A stretch of DNA of 48,348 bases, taken from the NCBI GenBank assembly GCA_963806535.1, contig CAWDYC010000002.1, positions 1 through 48,348 of the forward strand, written 5' to 3'. The position numbers and the translations under genes were made by a program. Of the stretch, positions 33,029 to 42,890 are shown one piece after another. The notes beneath the pieces are model-generated. The model worked only from the letters and a program-made list of their open reading frames with translations, did not search any database and was not told the origin of the DNA. How positions within the stretch are numbered: the stretch's first letter is position 1; the number at the start of each line of letters is the position of its first letter. The stretch is from Candidatus Bathyarchaeota archaeon. GTDB lineage: Archaea > Thermoproteota > Bathyarchaeia > Bathyarchaeales > Bathycorpusculaceae.

Positions 33029-33619
33029 ATGGGAGATCCAAAGAAGCAACGTAAAAAGTTTGATACGCCACGGTATCGTTGGCGTAAAGATATTCTTCAA
33101 GAAGAACTTAAGCTTCTGGGGCAATACGGCTTAAGAAATAAGCATGAGCTTTGGCATCTTAAAACTACTCTGTCAAAGACCAGAGGCATCGCCCGTTCAC
33201 TTATCAGTAAAACTCCTGAAGAACGAACAAAAATGGAAAATGAGCAACTAGTTAAACTCAAGAAACTTGGGATTTTGCAAGATACTGCAGTGTTAGATAA
33301 CGTTTTAGACTTAACTATCGAAGATATCTTAGAACGCAGATTGCAAACAATTGTTTTCCGCAAAGGTTTAGCGCGAACAGTCTACCAGTCACGTCAACTA
33401 ATCACTCATGGACACATAACCATCGATGGCCGCCGAGTAACCATTCCAGGCTACATTGTGCCCAAAGCTGATGAACCAAATGTTATCTATTCACCAGAAA
33501 GTGCAATTGCAAACCAAGCTCACGCATTACGCGCGGGATTATCAGTGGTTGCTAAACAACCAGAAATTAGGCAGCCTACCAGAGGTCGAAGAGGCGGAAG
33601 AGGAGGCGGCAGATTCTGA
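33029..33619 (+). CDS. rps4: 30S ribosomal protein S4
   Basis: [32 protein letters not shown]. Confidence 0.97.
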   Translation: MGDPKKQRKKFDTPRYRWRKDILQEELKLLGQYGLRNKHELWHLKTTLSKTRGIARSLISKTPEERTKMENEQLVKLKKLGILQDTAVLDNVLDLTIEDILERRLQTIVFRKGLARTVYQSRQLITHGHITIDGRRVTIPGYIVPKADEPNVIYSPESAIANQAHALRAGLSVVAKQPEIRQPTRGRRGGRGGGRF

Positions 33620-34020
33620 GCGCCAACAGCAAACGTAACGAGAAATTTGCCATCGTTCACATCTTCAGTTCCTACAACAACACCTTAATCCATATAACGG
33701 ATCTTTCAGGTGCAGAAACAATCGCCCGCACAAGCGGTGGAATGTTCGTCAAAGCAGACCGCATGGAATCATCACCCTACGCTGCTATGCGTGCAGCAAC
33801 AGGCGCAGCTGAAGTTGCCCGAGATAAAGGAATAACAGCCATCCACATTAAAGTACGAGCGCCAGGCGGTTCGGGACCAAGAACTCCGGGACCAGGCGCA
33901 CAAGCAGCTATACGCGCGTTGGCAAGATTCGGCTTCAAAATTGAACGTATTGAAGAAGTTACACCAATTCCCCATGACGGCACCAGACGACCTGGCGGCA
34001 GAAGAGGAAGAAGAGTCTAA
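33616..34020 (+). CDS. rps11: 30S ribosomal protein S11 (apparent CTG start)
   Basis: In-frame upstream [24 protein letters not shown]; [26 protein letters not shown]. Confidence 0.95.
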   Translation: MSANSKRNEKFAIVHIFSSYNNTLIHITDLSGAETIARTSGGMFVKADRMESSPYAAMRAATGAAEVARDKGITAIHIKVRAPGGSGPRTPGPGAQAAIRALARFGFKIERIEEVTPIPHDGTRRPGGRRGRRV

Positions 34021-34110
34021 ACTCAATTTCCCTTCTTTATTGACAGAAAAATTGAAATAATGCCCTTATATCTCTATTGAAACGCACGGCAATTATAGTA
34101 ACTTATTGGA

Positions 34111-34938
34111 GTGTCTCAGCAAGTGAAAATTGAAATCCTTGAAAAAAACGATACCAACCTCCGCATAATCGTTAAAGATGCGGATGTTCCGTTAATGAAC
34201 GCTCTGCGTCGAATAGCCCTTGCTGAGGTTCCATGCATGGCAATTGAAGAAGTTGTCATGATAGAAAACTCTTCAATTTTGCAGGACGAAATAATCGCTC
34301 ACCGATTAGGCTTAACCCCTCTGAAAACTGATTTAGACGCTTATAGTCTGCCTGAAGACGTGCAAATGTCAAAGCGAATTCGGTTGTCCAGAATGCCGAG
34401 TAACCCTAACTTTGGATTCAGAAGCTAAAGAGGGAACAAGAACCGTTTATTCAGGCGAAATAGTTTCTGACAACCCAGAAATCATGCCGGTGTCAGACAG
34501 AATCCCAATAATAAAATTGGCTAAAAACCAAAAATTAAAGCTTGAAGCTTACGCACGGCTTGGCAGAGGAAAAGTCCATGCAAAATGGCAGCCAGTTTCA
34601 ATGTGCGCATACAAATATTATCCAAAAATAACCACTCCGACAGAGAAATGTGAAGAATGCACAAAATGTGCAGATATCTGTCCAAAGAAAGTTTACGCGA
34701 TTAAAGACGAAAAAGTTGAGGTCCGCGATCTCTTAGCCTGCAACTTTGCATGGACTGTGTGGAAGCTTGCCCAAAGAAACCTTCACCGTTGACGGTTGAA
34801 TGGGAAAAGAACGCTTTCGTAATGAATATAGAATCAACCGGTGCACTTCCGCCAGAACGCGTGCTTAAAGAAGCCACCAAAATATTAGGTAAAGAACTAA
34901 ACGAACTTGAAGAATTATTAAAGGCTGAACCACAATGA
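34111..34938 (+). CDS. rpoD: RNA polymerase subunit D (Rpo3) with Fe-S/ferredoxin inserts, two frameshifts
   Basis: NALRR..EVP, NSS.LQDE.IAHRLGL, HAKWQP, CEECTKCADICP, ESTGALPP. Confidence 0.94.
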
Positions 34939-35297
34939 AGGAAACGAAAACTACAAACCCAGAATTAATCCATCTTATCGGTCTTTTAAAGAAAGAAAGC
35001 AGAGAAAAACAAGCAGGCATCTGGCTAGACATAGCTGAATACCTCTCAAAAACACGCAGTCAACGTATCTCTGTTAACTTAAGCACAGTAAACAGGAATA
35101 CAAAACGAAGCGAAGTCGTTGTTGTTCCAGGCAAACTTCTCGGATCCGGCAGCATAGACCATGCAGTAACAGTAGCATCGTTTGCTGCTTCCCAGAAAGC
35201 AAAAGATAAGCTTGCTGCTGCAAAATCAAAATACCTTTCAATTCCTGAACTCTTGGAGAAGAACCCTAAGGGCGCAAACGTAAGGATTATTCGGTGA
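34935..35297 (+). CDS. rpl18e: 50S ribosomal protein L18e
   Basis: TTNPEL, VNLS, VVVPGKLLGSG, NPKGANVRII. Confidence 0.95.
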   Translation: MKETKTTNPELIHLIGLLKKESREKQAGIWLDIAEYLSKTRSQRISVNLSTVNRNTKRSEVVVVPGKLLGSGSIDHAVTVASFAASQKAKDKLAAAKSKYLSIPELLEKNPKGANVRIIR

Positions 35298-35304
35298 GAA
35301 AAAA

Positions 35305-35755
35305 ATGGAAACATCAATGAAAAGCCGTGTTACACTGGTAAATGCTGAAGGATTAATAGTTGGTAGAATGTGCAGCAAAGTTGCCAAACGATTACTAAAC
35401 GGAGAAGAAGTTACAATTCTAAACGCTGAAAAAGCAGTTTTCTCAGGCAAAAAGAAAGCCAAAATCTTGGAAGCCCACATATTTCTCGAAGTAGGTGCTC
35501 CAGTGCGTGGTCCATTCCATTATCGAAGACCTGACCGTTTTCTACGAAAAACTGTTAGAGGTATGGTTCCGTTATAAGCAGCCCAAAGGTAAAGAGGCTT
35601 ACACGCGGCTCAGAGTTTTCATGGGTGTACCTTTGGATTTTAAAGGTAAAGAAATGATTACATTCGAAGAAGCTTCATCTGCCAATCTGAAGGGTCCACA
35701 TTTCACTCTTGGCGAATTGGCAAAAGAAATCGGATGGAGAAACAGGATGGAATAA
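35305..35755 (+). CDS. rpl13: 50S ribosomal protein L13, frameshift near 35572
   Basis: GRMCSKVAKRLLNG, RRPD..LRKTVRGMVP/YKQPKGKEA. Confidence 0.95.
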
Positions 35756-35757
35756 TT

Positions 35758-36169
35758 ATGCCAGCAAAAAAAGTTTTAGTTGTTAGCGGAAAAAGAAAAA
35801 CCGCAGTTGCCCGCGCCGTAGTTAAACAAGGTGTTGGTAAAGTGCGGATAAACATGACTCCAATTGAAATTTACGAACCAGACATCGCGAAAGCAAAAAT
35901 CATGGAGCCACTACTGCAAGCAGGCGGAGACATCTGGCAACAATTAGACATGGATGTTCACACCAGCGGCGGAGGCTACATGGGTCAAGCAGAAGCAGCC
36001 CGCATGGCAGTTGCAAACGCATTACTCAAATGGACAAAAAGCACTCATCTTACGCACAGTTTTTAGCGAATATGACAGAACAATGATTGCAGGAGACAGC
36101 CGAGCTAAAGAAACCAAAAAGTTCGGTGGAGCCGGCGCCCGATCAAAAGAACAGAAAAGCTATAGGTAA
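35758..36169 (+). CDS. rps9: 30S ribosomal protein S9, frameshift near 36050
   Basis: [38 protein letters not shown]. Confidence 0.95.
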
Positions 36170-36183
36170 GGAGAAAAAACAAA

Positions 36184-36414
36184 ATGATAATTCCCGTAAG
36201 ATGCTTCACCTGCGGCAAACTGGTTGGAGACCAATGGGAAGAATTCACCCGCCGAATCAAAACAGGCGAAAACGCAAGCGACATATTAGACAGCCTTGGC
36301 TTAAAACGGTACTGTTGCAGACGCATGCTGCTCTCAAACGTCGAAATCATCGATGAAGTTCTGCGCTTCTATGAAGAAGCAGAGAAACGCAAAGAAGCAC
36401 GCAACTTCTACTAA
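36184..36414 (+). CDS. rpoN: RNA polymerase subunit N (Rpo10)
   Basis: [12 protein letters not shown]...RYCCRRMLL. Confidence 0.97.
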   Translation: MIIPVRCFTCGKLVGDQWEEFTRRIKTGENASDILDSLGLKRYCCRRMLLSNVEIIDEVLRFYEEAEKRKEARNFY

Positions 36415-36594
36415 ACTTCTTTTCCAATTAAACTTGGTTTTGAGTCCAATAGTTTACATTTTAGCTAAACGTGTAGCTGTATGGAGTGAACTTTTTCTCT
36501 ATGAATTTTAGCCAGTTCAGTTTAGTCTTCTATTGGTAAAGCGAAGGCTTATACAGAGGTCGCTTCTATCATCATGGCAAGGAACTGAGAGAAC

Positions 36595-36726
36595 ATGACT
36601 TTTATTTTTAAGGATCATTATTTTAAAAACGGTTGGGATTGTAGTAAATGCGGCAAGATGACGGAGCATCTTAAAGAGGGGAAAGGTGCCAACGCTAAAC
36701 TCGTTTGCACTATCTGCGGGACATAG
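36595..36726 (+). CDS. Putative 43-aa zinc-finger microprotein (not in the ORF track)
   Basis: MTFIFKDHYFKNGWDCSKCGKMTEHLKEGKGANAKLVCTICGT*, with CxxCG twice. Confidence 0.65.
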   Translation: MTFIFKDHYFKNGWDCSKCGKMTEHLKEGKGANAKLVCTICGT

Positions 36727-36881
36727 GCTGCCTATTGAGCGTATAGATTTGCAACTTGCCATAAAGTGATCAATCGATTATCTCTAAACTTTGGAAAAGA
36801 GTTTTCTATAATCGCAAAAGCAAGATACTCCTTCTCCACAAAGCATTAAAGCGTAATCTGCTCAAAAAGCATTAGATACTA

Positions 36882-37481
36882 ATGAGCCCCAAATGGTTTT
36901 CAAATAAGCCAACAGGTCCGCCAAAAACAAAAATTGAGCTGACTGCGCAGAAAACTCAGTACTGCCTAGGCGACCAAATAAGTGGTACTGTAAAAATTTC
37001 TTCGGAAGAAGAATTCCTTGTTAATCAGGCAATTGTTTGTTTGAGTTGTAATGAAAATCTCAAGAAGACTCGGGTTACTGGTACTCAATATGGGACTTTT
37101 CAAAGTGAATATTGGGATGCTGGCGTAATTTATTCTAACTCTTGTAAATTGTTTGGGGCGGCCCTTATTCCTCAAGGTTTCGCCGCGACGTATCCGTACA
37201 CTTTGTCAACCTCAATTGCGGCTAAAGAAACGGTTTATAGCGTTGATCATTATGTCAAGTGGTTTTTGTACGCAACCCTAGAAGCAGCGAATGGTCGTCC
37301 AAACATTCAAACGATCACTTACGAAATACAGATTGGGCGACCACCAGTCAGCCAACAAACTGCAGCTATTGTGAAGGAAGTTGAGCGGGAAGTAGTTTTG
37401 ATACCGTGTCCTTACTGTAGCTCTCTTATGCCTCAGGCAGCCATATTCTGTCCTAATTGTGGCGCAAGACGAAAAACATAA
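36882..37481 (+). CDS. Arrestin/SpoOM-like beta-sandwich protein with a C-terminal zinc ribbon
   Basis: Y..GD.ISGTVKI, YPY, VKWFLYATL; C-terminal CPYC...FCPNCG. Confidence 0.6.
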   Translation: MSPKWFSNKPTGPPKTKIELTAQKTQYCLGDQISGTVKISSEEEFLVNQAIVCLSCNENLKKTRVTGTQYGTFQSEYWDAGVIYSNSCKLFGAALIPQGFAATYPYTLSTSIAAKETVYSVDHYVKWFLYATLEAANGRPNIQTITYEIQIGRPPVSQQTAAIVKEVEREVVLIPCPYCSSLMPQAAIFCPNCGARRKT

Positions 37482-37497
37482 GAGGGCTTTTATAGTG

Positions 37498-37617
37498 TTT
37501 TTGGGACTTTTTGGGACGAATCAAGACGAATCCAGACAAAAGGGACGAATCTAGACGCAACCTGCAAACATTGCAAGCTTTAAACTAAAAAAGCAACTTA
37601 AAGGACAAAGAACAAAA
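37498..37617 (+). repeat. Phased 10-bp array (6 units ending GAC) plus conserved 61-bp core, copy B
   Basis: tttttggGAC tttttggGAC gaatcaaGAC gaatccaGAC aaaaggGAC gaatctaGAC, then GCAACCTGCAAAC-N17-AAAAAAGCAACTTAAA. Confidence 0.85.
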
Positions 37618-37706
37618 ACTGCACAAAAAACCGTCAGTAACCTGGTTTTAGGAACTTCGGATAAAATAGACAAAAAAATAAAGTGTTTAAAAAACAAAAA
37701 TTGGGT

Positions 37707-38510
37707 TTAGTGGGAGTATACTTTTTCGTATGGTCTTTTTGAGATTGGTAGAATTTTCTTGAATTTAGCCGCCATGATTTCTTTTGGGTCAGCGCCGAAG
37801 TGGCTACAGTATTCGTTGACTAAGCTTTCGATGGTTTTTAGGTCGCGTTTGCCAACTTCCATGATTTTTGTTCCGTTCACGGGTGCAAGGATTTCGCCAC
37901 GTTCATAGATTACGCCGCCATGCATGCCTGTGCCGACAAATTTTGCGTTGCATTTTTCGCCTTCTTTGAGGTTTAAGCCAAGGATTACCATAACTCCGCC
38001 TGCCATATACTCTGCTAAGAAGTCGCCTGCTGTGTGTCCGATGACGATTTGCGGGATTTTGGTTTGGTATTCTTTCATGTGGATGCCGACTCTGTAGCCG
38101 ACGTAGTCGCGGACGAAGATTTTTCCGCCTCTCATTGAGTGTCCTGTTACGTCTCCTGCGTGGCCATGGATGATTATTTGGCCTTCGTTCATTGTGTTGC
38201 CGCAGCCGTCTTGAGCGTTGCCGTGTACTATCACTTTTGGTCCATTCATGAAGGCGCCAAGATCATTACCTGGTGTTCCATAGACGTCAATTTGCACATT
38301 TGTATCTAAGTCAGTGCCAATGTAACGTTGCCCGCAGACATTGTGAATTTCTATTTTTTCAAGATCCACTGAACAGATTGCCTGTCTAAGCAGAGTGTTT
38401 AGCTCTCTGTAGTAGAGTCCTTCTGCGTTGATTTTTATGACTTTTTCATCTTTTTTTATGAGTGGAAGGTATTTTGCTTCAATTTCCAATATGGGTTTTT
38501 GTTGCAGCAT
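37707..38510 (-). CDS. gltB3: Glutamate synthase GXGXG domain subunit
   Basis: GQRYIG, GTPGNDLGAFM, GNAQDGCGNTM, AEYMAGG, GMHGG. Confidence 0.9.
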   Translation of the reverse strand: MLQQKPILEIEAKYLPLIKKDEKVIKINAEGLYYRELNTLLRQAICSVDLEKIEIHNVCGQRYIGTDLDTNVQIDVYGTPGNDLGAFMNGPKVIVHGNAQDGCGNTMNEGQIIIHGHAGDVTGHSMRGGKIFVRDYVGYRVGIHMKEYQTKIPQIVIGHTAGDFLAEYMAGGVMVILGLNLKEGEKCNAKFVGTGMHGGVIYERGEILAPVNGTKIMEVGKRDLKTIESLVNEYCSHFGADPKEIMAAKFKKILPISKRPYEKVYSH

Positions 38511-38512
38511 TT

Positions 38513-40024
38513 TTATTCTCCTGCCAATTTTACTCCTAAGATTCTTGATTCAGCTTTTGATAAGCCGACGCCTCTGAGTGCTAATCTGTTGCCTCGTAAG
38601 CTTTCGATTGCGTTTATGCCCATGCCGCCCATCATGTCTTTGATCTCGTTGCTCCAGCTGTTTAGCATGTTAACGAGTCGTTTGGATGCTATGTCGGGGT
38701 TGATGCGTTTACTAATCCACGGGTCACTTGTCGCGATTCCCCACGGGCATTTGCCGGTGTAGCACCGTTGGCAAACCGTGCAGCCTATAGAAATCAAGGC
38801 TGCAGTTGCAATGTACACCGCGTCCGCGCCAAGTGCAATCGCTTTAAACACGTCTGCGCTGCTTCTGATGCCGCCTGCTATAACTACGGAAGCGTTGTTG
38901 CGTATGCCTTCGTCTCTGAGCCGTTGGTCTACTTGTGCAAGGGCTAATTCGATAGGTATGCCTACGTTGTCTCTGATGACTTTGGGTGCTGCGCCAGTTG
39001 CACCTCGTACGCCGTCAAGAGCAATTATGTCTGCTCCAGCTCGCACCATTCCGCTGGCGATTGCTGCTGCATTGTGAACTGCAGCAATTTTCACTGAAAT
39101 TGGTTTGGTGTAGTTTGTAGCTTCTTTTAATGCGTAAATTAGTTGTCGCAGGTCTTCAATTGAATATATGTCGTGTTGGGGGTAAGGTGAAAGTGCATCA
39201 GTGCCTTCTGGAATCATGCGTGTTTTAGCTACGTGCTCTGTTACTTTTTCGCCTGGTAAGTGTCCGCCTATGCCTGGTTTTGCGCCTTGACCTATTTTTA
39301 TTTCTACAGCCGCACCTGCATTCAAGTATTTAGGATGTACACCGAAGCGTCCAGAAGCAACTTGAACAATTGTGTGTTCGCCGTATTTGTAGAGGCTTTT
39401 GTCTAAGCCGCCTTCTCCAGTGTTAAAGTATGTGCCGCACTCGGTTGCTGCCCGTGCCAAGGCTTCGTGCACGTTGAGGCTGATTGCGCCGTAGGACATG
39501 GCTGAGAACATTACTGGAATGTCAAGGCAAAGCTGCGGCGAAAGAGGTGTCTTTAGTACTGTTTCACCATTTTCCACTTTCAATTCTAGCTTGTCTGGTT
39601 TAGCGCCCAGATAAGTTCTAATTTCCATCGGCTCACGCAGTGGGTCGATTGACGGGTTAGTGACTTGACTAGCGTTTAGCAGTAGTCGGTCCCAGTAAGT
39701 GTAGAACGGTTTGTCGCAGCCCATGCCTGTTAAGATGACTCCGCCGGTTTCAGCTTGTTTTTTTACGTCTCGGATGGCTTCCATTGTCCAGTTGGCGTTG
39801 TCTCTACTGGCATTAGTGTTCTTTTTTATCGTGATCGCGTGCGTTGGGCAGAAGGTTACGCATCGTTGGCAGTCTACACAGTTCTCGTCTTTACTGCAAA
39901 TTGTGTCTGTTTCTGCATCGTAGCTGTGGGTTTCGTATGTGCATTGGTTAACGCATACTTTGCAGCGTATGCAACGGTTTTGGTCGCGTTCAACTAAATA
40001 TTCGGGAATTATGTAAGTTTTCAT
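38513..40024 (-). CDS. gltB2: Glutamate synthase FMN-binding subunit with an N-terminal ferredoxin
   Basis: 2x[4Fe-4S] motifs, MSYGAIS, NTGEGG, QVASGRFGV, EIKIGQGAKPGIGGHLPG, C..CQRCYTGKCPWGIA. Confidence 0.95.
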   Translation of the reverse strand: MKTYIIPEYLVERDQNRCIRCKVCVNQCTYETHSYDAETDTICSKDENCVDCQRCVTFCPTHAITIKKNTNASRDNANWTMEAIRDVKKQAETGGVILTGMGCDKPFYTYWDRLLLNASQVTNPSIDPLREPMEIRTYLGAKPDKLELKVENGETVLKTPLSPQLCLDIPVMFSAMSYGAISLNVHEALARAATECGTYFNTGEGGLDKSLYKYGEHTIVQVASGRFGVHPKYLNAGAAVEIKIGQGAKPGIGGHLPGEKVTEHVAKTRMIPEGTDALSPYPQHDIYSIEDLRQLIYALKEATNYTKPISVKIAAVHNAAAIASGMVRAGADIIALDGVRGATGAAPKVIRDNVGIPIELALAQVDQRLRDEGIRNNASVVIAGGIRSSADVFKAIALGADAVYIATAALISIGCTVCQRCYTGKCPWGIATSDPWISKRINPDIASKRLVNMLNSWSNEIKDMMGGMGINAIESLRGNRLALRGVGLSKAESRILGVKLAGE

Positions 40025-41163
40025 TATCTTTGTCCTCCTGCTAAAACCTCAATGGCTTTAGGAGTGTAGTTTTTTAGTCTAGCCACTACTGGTTCTCCGC
40101 CTCTAGGGCACCAGAACTTGTCTATGATTGGTGAGACCAGACGCATCGCTGATTCTTCCGATGACAAGTAGGTGTACTCGCCATGAGTGCCAGCTACCAT
40201 CGGTCGAAGCTTAATTCTGTCAGTTAAACCGATCATTTCGCCGTGGTGAGCAACAATTATGCTGAATGGACCGTTCATTAGTAGGCTGCCGTAGGTTTGG
40301 CGTAGTGTTCTTAGGAGCTGTGCTCTTTTGGGTTCCATTTGATCTATTTCCTCCCAGAGAGGTGCTGCTAAGATTTGAGCTACTAAGTCGATTGATAGGT
40401 TTTCTCTGCGCATAAGCAAGTCAACTGCGTAAGCAAGTACTTCAGTGTCTGTTTGCATAGTGCATTTGTAACCGTACATTTCCAAGAAGCGACGGTTTAT
40501 GCCATAAGATGAGAGTTCACCATTATGTACAACTGTCCAATCAAGAATGTTGAATGGATGTGCTCCGCCCCACCAACCAGGAGTGTTTGTGGGGAATCTG
40601 CTGTGGCAAGACCAAAGGTACCCTTGATAATCTTCTAAGCAGAAGAAATCTGCGACGTCTTCGGGGAAGCCTACACCTTTGAAGACTCCCATGTCTTTGC
40701 CGCTTGAGAAAACAAAGGCCTTTCCAGTTTCAGTGTTAATTCGCATTATTGCTTCTATGACGTAGTCTTCTTCGGTTTGGTTTTCAGGTCGCTGTTTCTT
40801 AGGTGTCACAAAATACCGCCATACAAGTGGAGGATTATGGACTTTGGCTGGTTTCGTCTGCATTTCTTCATCATACATTATATCAAATTTTGAGGCAAGA
40901 ATGTGGTCGGTTTTGTCTTTAGCGTCTTGGCTTAGGTACATCACGTGAAAAGCATAATGGTCTTTGAAGTCTGGATATATGCCATAAACCGCAAAGCCGC
41001 CGCCTAAGCCATTGCCTCGGTCATGCATGTTTGTTATTGCGCGGACAGGATCTTTTGAGCTGAAGCGTTTGCCTTCGGTATTCATCATGCCGAAAAGGGC
41101 GCAGCCTGAGAAATCCTTGTCGTCCCCAAATGGATTTATTATTTTTCTATCGTTTTGATTCAT
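40024..41163 (-). CDS. gltB1: Glutamate synthase class II amidotransferase subunit
   Basis: G-CALFG Ntn Cys after a 20-aa propeptide-like stretch, HDRG, HSRFPTNT, AHPF, HNGE, TDTEV, DRIKLRP. Confidence 0.92.
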   Translation of the reverse strand: MNQNDRKIINPFGDDKDFSGCALFGMMNTEGKRFSSKDPVRAITNMHDRGNGLGGGFAVYGIYPDFKDHYAFHVMYLSQDAKDKTDHILASKFDIMYDEEMQTKPAKVHNPPLVWRYFVTPKKQRPENQTEEDYVIEAIMRINTETGKAFVFSSGKDMGVFKGVGFPEDVADFFCLEDYQGYLWSCHSRFPTNTPGWWGGAHPFNILDWTVVHNGELSSYGINRRFLEMYGYKCTMQTDTEVLAYAVDLLMRRENLSIDLVAQILAAPLWEEIDQMEPKRAQLLRTLRQTYGSLLMNGPFSIIVAHHGEMIGLTDRIKLRPMVAGTHGEYTYLSSEESAMRLVSPIIDKFWCPRGGEPVVARLKNYTPKAIEVLAGGQR

Positions 41164-42443
41164 TATTGTACCACACTCATTTTTTTCTGGAGACCAGTTG
41201 GTAATGTTGCCAAGTTGAAGTCGTCTGCGAGAAGTTGTTCTTTGAATTTTTTCACGTTTATTGTGTTCTTTATTAAATAGAACAAGATTCCTGCTCGTTC
41301 GATGCAGTTTACAAGTGTCATGCCTACGATAACGTTGTTTCTGAGGACCAGCTTCTTGTAGATGTTGTTTTCCAGGTCTTGCTTAACAAGGATTTCCAGT
41401 GTTGGGTCCTCTTTGGGGTTAGCTAATCCAATAGACACGATGGGGACGCCAAAGTACTTGAGGCTACTCATGTTTGTACCGCCGCCATATGTGGTTTTCT
41501 TGCCTGCCATATTATAGCCTGCAACTCGTCCCTCCAGGACCGCTAGAGGCCAAAGGGGCAAGGTGCGGTTCTGGTTAATTATAAAATCATAAGCCTCAGC
41601 AACGTCGCCGCTAGCGTAAACGTTAGGTACATTTGTCTGCATTAGATTATCTACCACGATTCCTCTGTTGAGTTTTACGGCGCTTCCAAGGACTAATTCG
41701 GTGCGTGGAATAACGCCGATTGCCATGAGGACAAGGTCGCAGGGCACTTGGTCGCCTTTGGTTAGGAGTACTCCGCCGACTGTTCCATCATTGTCTGGTT
41801 TACCTAAGATTTTCTGGACAGATTGGCCAGTGACAATGTTAACGCCTGCTTTTCTAACAACAGCTTCCATAATATCGGAGCCTTTCGCGTCTAAAAGCAA
41901 GCTAAGAATTTTATCCTGCAGCTCAACCATCGTAACTTTCAACCCGCGCTTGAGAAGCGCTTCAGTGACACTTATGCCAATAAGTCCCCCGCCTATGACG
42001 ATCGCTGCTTTAGCATTTATTGCGTCGATTTTTGCTGAAATGCGCTGGGCATCACTTATTGTCGTGAATGTGAACACGCCGTCTTTGTCTGAGCCTTCCG
42101 TTTTTGGAACAAACGGTTTGCCACCTGTTGCAAGTAGCAATTTTTCGTAAGAAACTTTTTCGCCGGTTTCAAGTTGAACAGTTTTTTCGGCTAAGTTTAG
42201 AGCTGTTGCTTTTTTGCCCGTGAGTGTTTCTACATTATTGGTTTTCCAGAACTCTTCGTTTCGGCAATCCATTTTTTTTGCATCTGCTTTGCCGCTTACA
42301 AAGTCACTAATCATTGGTCGGCTATAGTGAGTGCATGTTTCGTCAGAAATTATTGCTATGCTCCCGGCTGGGTCTACTTCTCGAATGGCTTCAACCGCGC
42401 CTATGCCTGCTGCTGAAGCTCCAACAATAACATACTTTGCCAT
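41163..42443 (-). CDS. NAD(P)/FAD-dependent pyridine nucleotide-disulfide oxidoreductase (probable electron input to glutamate synthase)
   Basis: IVGASAAG, LLLATGG, IGGGLIG, TNVPNVYASGD. Confidence 0.88.
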   Translation of the reverse strand: MAKYVIVGASAAGIGAVEAIREVDPAGSIAIISDETCTHYSRPMISDFVSGKADAKKMDCRNEEFWKTNNVETLTGKKATALNLAEKTVQLETGEKVSYEKLLLATGGKPFVPKTEGSDKDGVFTFTTISDAQRISAKIDAINAKAAIVIGGGLIGISVTEALLKRGLKVTMVELQDKILSLLLDAKGSDIMEAVVRKAGVNIVTGQSVQKILGKPDNDGTVGGVLLTKGDQVPCDLVLMAIGVIPRTELVLGSAVKLNRGIVVDNLMQTNVPNVYASGDVAEAYDFIINQNRTLPLWPLAVLEGRVAGYNMAGKKTTYGGGTNMSSLKYFGVPIVSIGLANPKEDPTLEILVKQDLENNIYKKLVLRNNVIVGMTLVNCIERAGILFYLIKNTINVKKFKEQLLADDFNLATLPTGLQKKMSVVQ

Positions 42444-42890
42444 TTACTGTTTCACCTCTTTGAATACCAACGCTTCATTTGGGCAGTTGGCAACACATGC
42501 TGGCTCATCAAAACCTTGACATAAGTCGCACTTTGCAACTACATGACCTTCTTTATCCATTTTTATTGCGCCGAATGGGCAAACCATTATACAAGTCCAG
42601 CAACCCATGCATTTCTCTTTGTCGTGTGTTACTTGACCAGTTTTTTCATCTTTCTTCATTGCTCCCGACAAACATGCGACAACGCAGGGTGCATCTTCGC
42701 AGTGTCGACATTGGATGGCGAAGGAAACTGGTTTGTTCCGTTGGACAGTTACTCTACTAATTGGTTTTGGGCGTTCGCTGTTGTAGGCTTTGACTATGTC
42801 TTTTGATTTTGAATGTTGGACTGTACAGTATACTTCACATAGTCCGCAGCCCATGCAGTTTTCTTGTTTTGCAATTATTCTTTTAACCAT
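42444..42890 (-). CDS. 4x[4Fe-4S] ferredoxin-like protein (HycB/CooF-like)
   Basis: CMGCGLCEVYC, CRHCEDAPC, CMGCWTCIMVCP, KCDLC..PACVANCP. Confidence 0.9.
   Translation of the reverse strand: MVKRIIAKQENCMGCGLCEVYCTVQHSKSKDIVKAYNSERPKPISRVTVQRNKPVSFAIQCRHCEDAPCVVACLSGAMKKDEKTGQVTHDKEKCMGCWTCIMVCPFGAIKMDKEGHVVAKCDLCQGFDEPACVANCPNEALVFKEVKQ

Noticed and set aside
34111-36169. Pseudogene calls for rpoD, rpl13 and rps9
   Set aside because: Essential single-copy genes with intact motifs; sequencing indels are the simpler explanation.
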